Shown: one piece after another, positions 17,307 to 26,116 of the stretch
Position numbering within the stretch: the first letter of the stretch is position 1
Layout of the letters: every line of letters begins with the position of its first letter
From: Nitrososphaerota archaeon
Lineage (GTDB): Archaea > Thermoproteota > Nitrososphaeria > Nitrososphaerales > Gagatemarchaeaceae
Direction of reading: 5' to 3'
Assembly: GCA_027886975.1 (NCBI GenBank)
Contig: JAPCJK010000001.1
Location: 12,892-76,891 of the forward strand
Length of the DNA stretch: 64,000 nucleotides
Program-made: the position numbers and the translations under genes
Notes under the pieces: generated by a model
The model's database searches: none
What the model was told of the DNA's origin: nothing
The model's input: only the letters and a program-made list of their open reading frames with translations

Positions 17307-20057
17307 TTATTGCTTGATTGTAACGTAGTACATGTACGTCACTCCCTGTGCTGGTACGACTATGATTCCGAAGTTGAGGTTGCCAGAATTATCAATCCAG
17401 GAATAGACGGTGTTCGCCACGCTCCCCGGCCCGTAAGACTGTAGAAGGCTGGCCACTTTGTCCACGGTCTGGCTCGCTCCCGCCGCACTGAGTGATATGC
17501 TAGCCACGTTCACATATACCGTAGGGTTGACGGACGTGGCGTTGACCAGACGGTAGCCCTTCGACGCGATGAGCGCGTCTACCTGATGGACCAATGCCGT
17601 CCTGCTCGGAGTGGCTCCTGTCGTGGAATTGCTGGTTCCGAGGTTGTTGAAGGCAGCCGTGGCGTCGGCGCCCACGCCTACGACCCCTGTGGACGGGTTG
17701 ATTGCAGTCATGAAAGGTAGTTGCGTGACCACCCCGCTCGAGCCTGGGTTAGTGTAGACTGCAACGAAATAGGTGAGCGCTCCCCCGACAGAGTAAAGCA
17801 GGTATGAGCCGAACCTGTTGTTCGGAAGGAGTGTCAGCTGGGTCCGTACCTGCTGGTTGGTGGTGAGCGCGTTCTCCGCCGCCGTGGGGCCGATGATGAG
17901 CGCCGACTGTGAGGGATTCTGATAAAGATAGATTTGCCCGAGTCTGTCTCCGCCGTAGGCTATGTAGAGGGCCCCGAGGTTCTTGCTGACTACCCCTTGG
18001 TACTGGGCGAGCTGCAGGCCCACGAAGTAGGTCTTGTTCCCGACGGCGAATGGAATGTATTGTACGTTGCTGGCGCCAGCTCTTTCGTAGAACTGAGTGC
18101 CCGACCTGAAGATGAACGGGTCGTTCACGTGATAGATGAAGTTGTAGTCCAGCTGTCCAGGCACAGTGGGAGATCCTAGTAACTGCTCGGGGTACCTGAG
18201 CTGGGGGATAAGCCAAGAAGGAGGAGCCTTCCAGGTGCTATAGTAGCCCTGGTAGAACTTCGTGATGAAGTCCGTGCTGTTCACGCCCGTAGGCGATAGA
18301 AGGTTGGACACGGTGTACCCTTGCAAAGAGCCGTCCTGGATGTTGACCAGGACCACGCCGAAGAACCTGAGGTAGGGGCTGTCCGCGAAGCCCGATTGCA
18401 GTGGGTAGTCTATGTAGACCTGGACGGTGTAGTAGAGGTTCTTCCCATCGGACACGATGTATGCTGAGGGGTCCATCGTAAGACCGGGGATCAGCACGTC
18501 CCCGACCCTGGAGAAGATGTTCCTGTTCCACTGCATGTCGATCGGCTGGCCTGAGAAGGCGAAACCGAGCTGTCCCTCTGCGAATGTGAACCACATCGAC
18601 TTCTGCCAGCCGCTCAATGTATAGTCGACTGTTTTGGAATACGAAACGTTCTGAATCTCATTGTACCCGGGGACGTGGACGTAGACGTTTTGATTGAATC
18701 CATCCCCTTCTCCGTAGTAGATGGGAGGCTCTGACCTGATCCCGAAGGCGTTGGTTGGCGGTATCACCGACCCGTTGTGGGTGTTGATTACCAGGACCTT
18801 TGCAGCGTGGGTATAGATTAAATGCTGGCTGATCCAGTCTGCCGACGGGAAGACAGGGGTGGTGGGCGAAACCCAGTACTCCGTGCCGTTGTAGAAGACT
18901 ATCTCCGAGCTGGCAAGGCCCATCCAGTTGTACGCGCCGATTTCTTTCGTGTTCGTGACGGACGCCGCTTGCTGGTCCCATTGCCTGACGAGGTCAAGCG
19001 TCGTCCTGGGGTTGCTTGTTGGAAGGGTGGTGATATTGTTGACGTGGATGCTGTCGAGGCCCGCCGACCATCGGGTCACCGTGATCTGCTTCTGGGTCTG
19101 GGGGTACCATTGGTACGCGAGGAAGTTGTTGTTCCAGTTGAAGTAGTAAAATGCCCCAGCAGCCACCTGGGCTAGGAGGAGTATTGCGAGGAGCACAGCG
19201 AGCCCCTTGAAGATCCTGAGTCTCGTCGCGGTAATGTCCCTCCTAGAGAGAGCAACGATTCCCAGAAGAGAGAGAAGCAGGGCGCTCCAGACGATCCCGT
19301 AGACGTAAGGGGTTGCTATGTTCATCAGCCAGTAGGGAGCGCCCAAGATTGTCTCGAATAGGATAAGCGTAACCAGAGTGAGGAGGTTACCGAGCCAGAC
19401 GCCGCTCCGCCGAGTCGCGAGGTTGGCGAGGAGACGGATGAGGACCCTGAATCCGGCGATCAGGAGAAAAGCGGACAGGATGTAGACAATGACCGCGTAC
19501 TGAACGGTCAGAGTAGGCATTAGTCCGATTAGTCCAGAACCAGACGCCGGGGCCAACGGAAGGGTGAAGACCCTCGGCACATCGCTCCAGCTCCCCAAGC
19601 CCATGGACATCATCTGAACCGGGTTCATGATGGGGCCGAGGAATGGGAAGGCACCGAAGGTCGCGAAGGTGTAGAAGCCTATCGCCCACTTGACTGTCTG
19701 CCAAAGGCCCCAAAGCCAGATGTTCATCTTCTCGCTGGGCCTGTTCTCCCCCTCTGCCTCGTAGGGCCGCATAAGTCTGTAGACCACGGTGCCGAGCTTA
19801 CGGAGGTCGCTCCGCCCTGGTCGAGGATTGACAAGAAGGAGAGAGAACAGAGCAGCTGCGATGAAGGTGTTTTCGTGGTAGAATGTTATGCCGAACCAAT
19901 CGAGGCCGGCCTTCGCCGAAAATACGGACTCGGCGATGGCCCATCGGAGGAAGACCCAGGCGAGTGCCAGGACGACCGCGACAGCCAGAAGTGCGACGAC
20001 CAGGACGGCGAGCCATTTGGAGAGCCTTAGACGGTCGTTTCCCGCTTCTGATTCCAT
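17307..20057 (-). CDS. UPF0182 family membrane protein
   Basis: N-terminal TM bundle; VRQWD, WISQHLIYTH, PIYYGE, DPSAYIV, LRYPEQL motifs. Confidence 0.85.
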   Translation of the reverse strand: MESEAGNDRLRLSKWLAVLVVALLAVAVVLALAWVFLRWAIAESVFSAKAGLDWFGITFYHENTFIAAALFSLLLVNPRPGRSDLRKLGTVVYRLMRPYEAEGENRPSEKMNIWLWGLWQTVKWAIGFYTFATFGAFPFLGPIMNPVQMMSMGLGSWSDVPRVFTLPLAPASGSGLIGLMPTLTVQYAVIVYILSAFLLIAGFRVLIRLLANLATRRSGVWLGNLLTLVTLILFETILGAPYWLMNIATPYVYGIVWSALLLSLLGIVALSRRDITATRLRIFKGLAVLLAILLLAQVAAGAFYYFNWNNNFLAYQWYPQTQKQITVTRWSAGLDSIHVNNITTLPTSNPRTTLDLVRQWDQQAASVTNTKEIGAYNWMGLASSEIVFYNGTEYWVSPTTPVFPSADWISQHLIYTHAAKVLVINTHNGSVIPPTNAFGIRSEPPIYYGEGDGFNQNVYVHVPGYNEIQNVSYSKTVDYTLSGWQKSMWFTFAEGQLGFAFSGQPIDMQWNRNIFSRVGDVLIPGLTMDPSAYIVSDGKNLYYTVQVYIDYPLQSGFADSPYLRFFGVVLVNIQDGSLQGYTVSNLLSPTGVNSTDFITKFYQGYYSTWKAPPSWLIPQLRYPEQLLGSPTVPGQLDYNFIYHVNDPFIFRSGTQFYERAGASNVQYIPFAVGNKTYFVGLQLAQYQGVVSKNLGALYIAYGGDRLGQIYLYQNPSQSALIIGPTAAENALTTNQQVRTQLTLLPNNRFGSYLLYSVGGALTYFVAVYTNPGSSGVVTQLPFMTAINPSTGVVGVGADATAAFNNLGTSNSTTGATPSRTALVHQVDALIASKGYRLVNATSVNPTVYVNVASISLSAAGASQTVDKVASLLQSYGPGSVANTVYSWIDNSGNLNFGIIVVPAQGVTYMYYVTIKQ

Positions 20058-20366
20058 CGTCGGGGCGCCCGAAGGCGGCTATTTAGTGTCTGCCGCGAGG
20101 GGAGGGCCAATCCGTGCATGAGACTCGCTAAGCCTCCAAAGTACGGGAAGCGTGAGTAATGGAGACTACAAATCAGTATTATGAATTCTTGCCAAGTCGG
20201 ACAGAAGGAGTTTCAGATTTCGGCAGGAAGTGAGATATCGCTCCAGCATCAAAGACTCCGAGAGAGAAAATGCTCCGCGTTGCGAGCGGCTGGATGAAAG
20301 TAGATTCTGGCTCCATCAAGCCAAAGAGGGAGTTGGCGCCACCATATCGAGGGTCGAGCGAATAGC

Positions 20367-22505
20367 ATGAAGCATTCGGAATCGCCTCCGCCAATATCCA
20401 AGGATAAGGCACGCCGACTGGGAGTTGGTGGCCGCTCAAGGCGCTGGATGTATCTTGTCTCTTTTCTTTTGGTAGGTTCCGTGGTTGCGATGGGAGGCGC
20501 GTATGGCGTCCTCAGTCACACTGGATCTTCAACATCAACAACTTCATCTTTTACAAACACGTCTTCATCTTCAATCAGTACTTCGATTAGTACCTCGATT
20601 AGCTCTTCGTCGGGTCTTCAAGCAACCTCGGTAAGACTGGTCTGTTCTCCGTCGCCTCAGATTGTGGGTGCTGGTTCCGATTGCATTGCCACGGTCAGCA
20701 ACTCTCCGGATGCTAGTCACGGGGCCGCCCCCTCCGGTAAGGTCGGGTTCACCAGTAGGTCAGAAGGGGGGTACGGAGCGATTACGTGTGCTCCTACAAC
20801 CGGTACTTTGGTCTGCAGCACGTTGTACACCCCTACGCTTGGTGCCGAAGGCAATCACACCTTGACCGCAATCTACGCCGGTGACTCGGGTCATCGTGGG
20901 AGCTCGGCAAGTATCGCCCTACAAGTCTCTAAGCGCCCGTCCTCCATCAACGTAAACTGCTCCCCCGAGGCCGTGCCCGTGAACACCAGGACCACGTGCA
21001 CTGCCATCGTCTCAGACACGGGTGGCGGAACTACTTTGGTGCCGTCGGGGGCCGTAGAATTCGCTGGGACCTCTTCGGGCAGCTTCAGCGTATCAGGATG
21101 TGCGCTCTCAGGAGGTTCTTGCTCTGTTGATTTTTTCCCGTTTCCTGGCAAGGAGGGACCAATTTCACTCTCCGTCGCCTATGGCGGCGACTCAGACCAC
21201 GTCCCAAGCAAGGGGCTAGGGACCAATGCTCTTACCGCGGTCGCGAGGCCGACGAGTGCCTCGGTCTCGTGTGTCCCTTCAATTGCTACGAGCGGATCTC
21301 AGGTATCGTGTAGAGCCACCGTCGAAGATTCTTTGAGCTCTGGCGTCCCGTTGGTACCGAAGGGAGATTTCAACTTCAGCACTTCTGGTAGCGGGAACTT
21401 TAGTCCGGCAACATGCTCGCTGGCACCTCTGACCTCACACAGCGCGGCCTGCCTAGTTCACTACGCCCCGGCTCTCGGCAACACAGCCTCCTCCCAACGA
21501 ATCGGGGGCAAGTACGGGGGAGATCCAGACCATTCCTCAGCATCTGCCACCACTTTCACCTTGCAGGTGAGGGCTCGGGCTGCCTCTCTATCGCTATCCT
21601 GCGCGAGCGCCTTGACGACGGTGAACACTCCTCTCAGCTGCACCGCCACGGTCTCGGATGCTTCCGGAACGTCTCCTCAAGCCCCAACCGGGGGAGTCAA
21701 CTTCGCGTCGACTGGTGCGGGGAGCTTCAGCCCAGCCACGTGCACTGTCCACTCTGGGACCTGCTCGTCCACCTATACCCCCCGGGCTGGAAGTGAGGGG
21801 AGCGCCACGATTACGTCAGTATACTCAGGGGACCCGAACTATGGGCCTAGCTCGGCGTCAATCGTAATCAGCGTGGATCAACGACTCAGCTCCACGACTC
21901 TCGATTGCGCCCCGTCCACGGTTCCAGTCAACGCTCCCACAATCTGCACCGCGACCGTTTCGGACTCCACCGGGGTGGGGACTTCGATAACCCCGTCGGG
22001 GCATGTGGAGTTCAGCTCCCGAGGCGGGTCCTTTGGCTCCGGAGATACTTGTACTCTCTCTGCGGGCGCATGTTCGGTGAAGTTTACTCCATCTCCAGGG
22101 AGCGAGGGAGCCTTATCTGTGGGCGCAAGCTACTCGGGAGACGTCGACCACTACGGCGGGACCGCAGCGCCAGTGGGCGTGACTGCGACAACGAGATCTG
22201 TAACCGTTTCAGTTGTCTGCGCTCCATCGTCAATCCTCCCCGCACAGAGCACAACCTGTACCGTGACTGTAACCGACTCCGACGGCGGGTCCCCCATCAT
22301 GCCGACAGGCAAAGTTCATTTCTCCGCAAACGTGAGCGGAACCTTTGCGCCCTCCACGGATTGCATTCTCTCAGGCGGGACCTGCTCAGTGTCCTACAGC
22401 ACCCTAGCCATCGGCACCCCGACCACTGTAGCCATCACAGCGACCTATGCGGGAGACACAGACCACAGTGGAGACTCGGATGTGGCGTACGTCCAGTTTG
22501 CTTAA
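20367..22505 (+). CDS. Surface protein with six Cys-containing Ig-like repeats
   Basis: TM anchor, S/T linker, six repeats of about 100 aa, each C..C.ATV...P.G.V.F...C..C...Y.GD..H/Y. Confidence 0.85.
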   Translation: MKHSESPPPISKDKARRLGVGGRSRRWMYLVSFLLVGSVVAMGGAYGVLSHTGSSTSTTSSFTNTSSSSISTSISTSISSSSGLQATSVRLVCSPSPQIVGAGSDCIATVSNSPDASHGAAPSGKVGFTSRSEGGYGAITCAPTTGTLVCSTLYTPTLGAEGNHTLTAIYAGDSGHRGSSASIALQVSKRPSSINVNCSPEAVPVNTRTTCTAIVSDTGGGTTLVPSGAVEFAGTSSGSFSVSGCALSGGSCSVDFFPFPGKEGPISLSVAYGGDSDHVPSKGLGTNALTAVARPTSASVSCVPSIATSGSQVSCRATVEDSLSSGVPLVPKGDFNFSTSGSGNFSPATCSLAPLTSHSAACLVHYAPALGNTASSQRIGGKYGGDPDHSSASATTFTLQVRARAASLSLSCASALTTVNTPLSCTATVSDASGTSPQAPTGGVNFASTGAGSFSPATCTVHSGTCSSTYTPRAGSEGSATITSVYSGDPNYGPSSASIVISVDQRLSSTTLDCAPSTVPVNAPTICTATVSDSTGVGTSITPSGHVEFSSRGGSFGSGDTCTLSAGACSVKFTPSPGSEGALSVGASYSGDVDHYGGTAAPVGVTATTRSVTVSVVCAPSSILPAQSTTCTVTVTDSDGGSPIMPTGKVHFSANVSGTFAPSTDCILSGGTCSVSYSTLAIGTPTTVAITATYAGDTDHSGDSDVAYVQFA

Positions 22506-22651
22506 TCTCGCTGAAGACCTTCGGACTTCGGCGGGAACGCATCTTCAAAAAAAATCGCGCGTCCCAATTCCACAACGCAATTAGCAACTGAGGCTCAAAC
22601 GAGCCGCGTCGTGCTTATAACGAGAAACACGCGGCCTGAGCCGACAGAGAT

Positions 22652-23056
22652 ATGCCCGGGAAAGGAACCAAAGCAGACCCCTGGGTCCTGAAGACTCCTC
22701 CTGGAACGTCGGAGTTCAAGGCATACCGAGACGAATCCTTGAATCCCCAAGCCCTGGTCTGCTGGGTCGGAAAGACACAGCTCAGCTACGACCTCCGCTG
22801 TTTGAACGACCTCCATGCCGCCCTCAAGAAACATGGCGACTGGATGGAACTCGGGAGTGCCGACGAGCAAAAGCCCGCCCGGGAGGGGACCGTCGAGGCC
22901 TGGGGGCGGTCGGCGAAGAATCCTGTGGGGGGCTGGTATGGTCTGAAGAAAGGCCTGCGCGGGAGGTTCGCCATGTACGTGCCTCCGGTCATGGAGGCCC
23001 TGAAGCTCGCAGAAGTCGAGCACAACCCGAAGAACAACCGGATGCGCGCTCTCTGA
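22652..23056 (+). CDS. Conserved hypothetical protein (DUF6855-like)
   Basis: GTKADPWVLKTPPG, LGSADEQK, VEAWGRSAKNPVGGWYGLKKGLRGRF, EHNPKNNRMRA; family recalled from memory. Confidence 0.8.
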   Translation: MPGKGTKADPWVLKTPPGTSEFKAYRDESLNPQALVCWVGKTQLSYDLRCLNDLHAALKKHGDWMELGSADEQKPAREGTVEAWGRSAKNPVGGWYGLKKGLRGRFAMYVPPVMEALKLAEVEHNPKNNRMRAL

Positions 23057-23093
23057 AGTAAGACTGGCCGGACTTGCGAAATGCGGAACAACG

Positions 23094-23101
23094 TTAATTA
23101 A
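23094..23101 (+). promoter_or_regulatory. TATA-like box of the ku-lig-polX operon
   Basis: TTAATTAA 25 nt before TTG 23127, preceded by purine-rich GGAACAACG (BRE-like). Confidence 0.6.
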
Positions 23102-23126
23102 CTTACAGGCAGGTTTTGGACAGAAA

Positions 23127-23972
23127 TTGCCCAAGGGAGACATCTTCTCTGAGGTTGAGAAGCAGGCCGACAGCGCGGCCGTCTCAAAGGCTTCGTGGCG
23201 AGGGGTCCTCAGCCTGGACATCCCGACCCTGGGCCTCGGGGCCGTTGAGTACCACTTGAGAGCCGCGAAGGCCCACGGGGACCTCCAGCCTGTGAAGGTG
23301 ACGAAGTTGGACAAGAAGACGGGAAAGGAGGTCGTCAGCAGGGAGGTTCCGAGGATTTACAGGTACAAGGAGGGCCCTGCCGGGGAGAGGCTTGACATGC
23401 AGGAGGTAACTCCCGAGGAGGCAAAGAAGTTCGTCAGGTACAAGGGGGACTTTCCGATCACAGTTAAGACAGAGAAGAGGTACTTCCTGAAATACGAATT
23501 GGAATTCGAGGGGAAATTTATCGAGATCCCGCTGAGTCAGACATACGACAAGCAGGAGGGAGAGGAGGTCGAGCCCTTCGACAGGACAAAGAGGATCGAA
23601 GTAGAGAAGGATGGGTTTGTGCCGTTGGAGAGGGTTTCAGAGTACAAGTTCAAGGAAGTCTATCAGCTCGCCCCAGACACCGACAAAAAGGTCGGGGAGA
23701 CCGTTTCGAGAGTTACGCAGCTGGCCAGGTACCTGACGGAGAAACAGATGGCTCTCGTGGCGTTCTTCTCCTGGGGAAGGGGGTACAACTTCTACACGAG
23801 CGTCGTCTATCCCTACGAGAGGAAGGACGGACGCCTCTGGCTTCTGATGGGCATGAGTGAGGGAATACTGAAGCTCGACGATGCGTGGGCCCTTATTGAG
23901 GAAAAGGGTTCCGCCAGGCTGCCGGCCGTCCCAGTAGCTAAGAGGAAGGCCAAAGCCGTCATCTCGAAGTAG
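23127..23972 (+). CDS. ku: Divergent Ku-like DNA end-binding protein
   Basis: Motifs occur in Ku-core order: KASWRGVLSL...LGLGAVEYHL (cf. RAIWKG.ISFGLV.IPV.L), LDKKTGKEV, TKRIEVEKDGFVPLERV (cf. TK.IEI..FVP...I), VYQLAPD (cf. YYLAPD), ALVAFF (cf. VAIARF); basic C-tail; sits next to a DNA ligase. Confidence 0.72.
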   Translation: MPKGDIFSEVEKQADSAAVSKASWRGVLSLDIPTLGLGAVEYHLRAAKAHGDLQPVKVTKLDKKTGKEVVSREVPRIYRYKEGPAGERLDMQEVTPEEAKKFVRYKGDFPITVKTEKRYFLKYELEFEGKFIEIPLSQTYDKQEGEEVEPFDRTKRIEVEKDGFVPLERVSEYKFKEVYQLAPDTDKKVGETVSRVTQLARYLTEKQMALVAFFSWGRGYNFYTSVVYPYERKDGRLWLLMGMSEGILKLDDAWALIEEKGSARLPAVPVAKRKAKAVISK

Positions 23973-23974
23973 AG

Positions 23975-24808
23975 ATGAGCGACGAGCTCCCGAACTACGT
24001 TCAGGATAACTATTCGAAGGCTGTCAAAATCGACCTGGGGACATGGCTCCTTGCCAACCCGCTCCCCGCTCTGTGCGAGCCGAAATTCGACGGGATCAGA
24101 GTGTTTCTCTTCAAGAGCGGGGACAAGCTTGTACTGTCGAGCAAGCACGGCGGGGTCTACACGCCGAAAGGGAGTCCAACTGTCTTCTCCAGGGTTCCCG
24201 AGTTCTTGCATGCACCCCACAAGATGATCCTCGACGGGGAATATGTAGCGAGAGAATCCAAAGGGTTGTTCCTTTTCGACGTCCTTCAGGTCGACAACAG
24301 GGACCTCAGGGCAAAGACCCTGACTGAAAGGAAGAAGGTCCTGAAAGAGATACTGAAGGGAACGGGGCTAGAGGTTCCCTACACCCTTGCCAAAACAACC
24401 GACAGCATCATCGCTGTACGCAACGAGATGGTGGAGAAAGGCAGGGAAGGAATCGTCGTCAAGAATCCCCTGTCGAAGTACGGCCAGAGGAACTCGTGGC
24501 TCAAACTGAAGCGTTTCGACACGGTCGATGTCTTCGTGATGAAGACGGTGGAGACTCAAGAGATGAAGAGGACTGGGATTGCAAGGTCATGGTCTGTGGG
24601 TGTCTATGACGATAACGGTCAAGTGGTGGAGCTGGGCGACGTAGGGTCCATGGTGGAAAGGGTAGACCCGAGACAGGTGAAGAAGGGGTCAGTCATCGAG
24701 GTGAGGTTCCAGGAGCTCACGAAGGACAAGAAGCTGCGCGCGCCGTTCATCGTAAGGATAAGGCATGACAAGACGCCGGACGAATGCCTGTACTCTCAGT
24801 TCGGATAG
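23975..24808 (+). CDS. Minimal ATP-dependent DNA ligase (adenylation + OB domains)
   Basis: Motif I EPKFDGIR (K37), III LDGEY, IIIa LFDVL, IV EGIVVK, V WLKLK, VI LRAPFIVRIRHDK. No polymerase or phosphoesterase domain. Confidence 0.95.
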   Translation: MSDELPNYVQDNYSKAVKIDLGTWLLANPLPALCEPKFDGIRVFLFKSGDKLVLSSKHGGVYTPKGSPTVFSRVPEFLHAPHKMILDGEYVARESKGLFLFDVLQVDNRDLRAKTLTERKKVLKEILKGTGLEVPYTLAKTTDSIIAVRNEMVEKGREGIVVKNPLSKYGQRNSWLKLKRFDTVDVFVMKTVETQEMKRTGIARSWSVGVYDDNGQVVELGDVGSMVERVDPRQVKKGSVIEVRFQELTKDKKLRAPFIVRIRHDKTPDECLYSQFG

Positions 24809-24817
24809 GGGATTGAT

Positions 24818-25357
24818 GTGTCATACAAGAAAGACATCAAGCTGGAAGAGGCCGAAAAGATCGGACTAGACTTTCAGGAGAAGACGAAAGACCTCTACAA
24901 GAAATACCTACTCGCAGGAAGTATCAGGAGAAAGCAGCCCATCGTTCACGATATTGACTTCGCCGTGATTCCCAAAGGCATGAGTTTTGGTGCGTGGAAG
25001 GACAAGGTCTCGGAGAGGGTCCAGGAAATCGGAGGGATGGTAGTCACATTCGGCGAAGTCATCTCGAACTTCCGATACCGGGGGGTTCAGGTCAACCTGT
25101 TCATCTGTCTGAGCGACGGCGCCTGGGGAGTAACGCAGATGTGGGCAACAGGGCCGAAGGGTCACACCATTGGGATGACAATCAAGGCGAGAGACAAGGG
25201 ACTAATCATAAACTCCAAAGGGCTCTGGACTAGGGACGAACCGCCTAAGCTGATTCCGACGAGGACGGAGCAAGAAGTCGGAAGGATCCTTGACTGGAAG
25301 TACAAGCCGCCTGAAACGAGGGGAAAAGGCGGGAAACAAAAGCCATCTCCTCTGTGA
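24818..25357 (+). CDS. polX: Minimal family X DNA polymerase (palm + C-terminal domain, ASFV Pol X-like size)
   Basis: AGSIRR, HDIDF (D45/D47), QVNLF (third Asp is Asn93), WATGPK, ARDKGLIINSKGLW, TEQEV...YKPPETR; 179 aa, with no lyase, HhH or PHP domain. Confidence 0.88.
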   Translation: MSYKKDIKLEEAEKIGLDFQEKTKDLYKKYLLAGSIRRKQPIVHDIDFAVIPKGMSFGAWKDKVSERVQEIGGMVVTFGEVISNFRYRGVQVNLFICLSDGAWGVTQMWATGPKGHTIGMTIKARDKGLIINSKGLWTRDEPPKLIPTRTEQEVGRILDWKYKPPETRGKGGKQKPSPL

Positions 25358-25375
25358 GGCCTAGCCTTCTTTCGA

Positions 25376-26092
25376 TTAATCGGCGTCCAATTTTTCTGCT
25401 AGTCTCTGGGCCAGGACGGCGTTTTCCCCGGTTTCATCGTGGCGGAGATAGACGTAGGTTTCCTCTGAACCCTTGGCAGTCTCGGTTATTTTCGGGACCC
25501 AGGCATCGACTGTCTTCGCATCGTAGAAATCTTTCCTTAGCCTGAAGTAAGCGGTCTTTCCGGTGACCTGGAGGACTGGTTTCATCTCTTCGGTCTCGGC
25601 GATGCAGAACCCCGCCCCATTCGCCTCGAGCAGCTGGTATGTGGAATCCTTGAGCCACGACTCGTGCCTGAATTCGAAAACCCTGTTCTCGATTCCTCCT
25701 GTTGCGCTTAGGAATTCGCCAAGGAGCTTGAGATCAAGCTTCGAGAATGGAGGCAACTGGAACAAGACCGGACCCCGCCTGGGTCCCAGGGAATCTAGCA
25801 CCTTCGACAGTTTCTCGGCTGCTTCCGATGAGCCCTTTCCCAGCTTCAGGATATGAGTTATCAGGCGGGGCGCTTTGAAAGAGAACCTGAACTTCTCGTT
25901 CGTCTTCCCAGACCAACTCTTCACCATGGCCGCGCTGGGTTGAGCGTAGAAGGAGCTGTTGATCTCCACGCTTCCCAGGTGTTGCGAATAGTAGGCTAGA
26001 AACTCGTCGCTCTTTGTGCCCTCGGGGTAGAACTTCCCCTTCCAGCGGGGATAGCTGAAGCCGGAGACCCCCACAAATGTGTTCTTGGTCAA
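25376..26092 (-). CDS. DUF72 (YecE-like) protein
   Basis: VGVSGFSYPRWKGKFYP, VEINSSFY, FKAPRLITH, LFQLPP, FEFRHESW, YFRLR. Confidence 0.93.
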   Translation of the reverse strand: MTKNTFVGVSGFSYPRWKGKFYPEGTKSDEFLAYYSQHLGSVEINSSFYAQPSAAMVKSWSGKTNEKFRFSFKAPRLITHILKLGKGSSEAAEKLSKVLDSLGPRRGPVLFQLPPFSKLDLKLLGEFLSATGGIENRVFEFRHESWLKDSTYQLLEANGAGFCIAETEEMKPVLQVTGKTAYFRLRKDFYDAKTVDAWVPKITETAKGSEETYVYLRHDETGENAVLAQRLAEKLDAD

Positions 26093-26116
26093 GTCCTCCC
26101 CTCGCTATGAATGCTG

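Noticed and set aside
20121..20366. Short ORFs in the UPF0182 / Ig-repeat intergenic gap
   Set aside because: All frames are short and lack motifs; more likely divergent promoter sequence.
22595..23314. 239-aa minus-strand ORF overlapping the DUF6855-like gene and ku
   Set aside because: Antisense to two motif-bearing genes and has no motifs of its own.
23127..25357. Possibility that ku-lig-polX is part of a provirus or mobile element
   Set aside because: No integrase, att repeats, capsid or transposase nearby, and base composition looks like the flanks. An older viral origin is not excluded.
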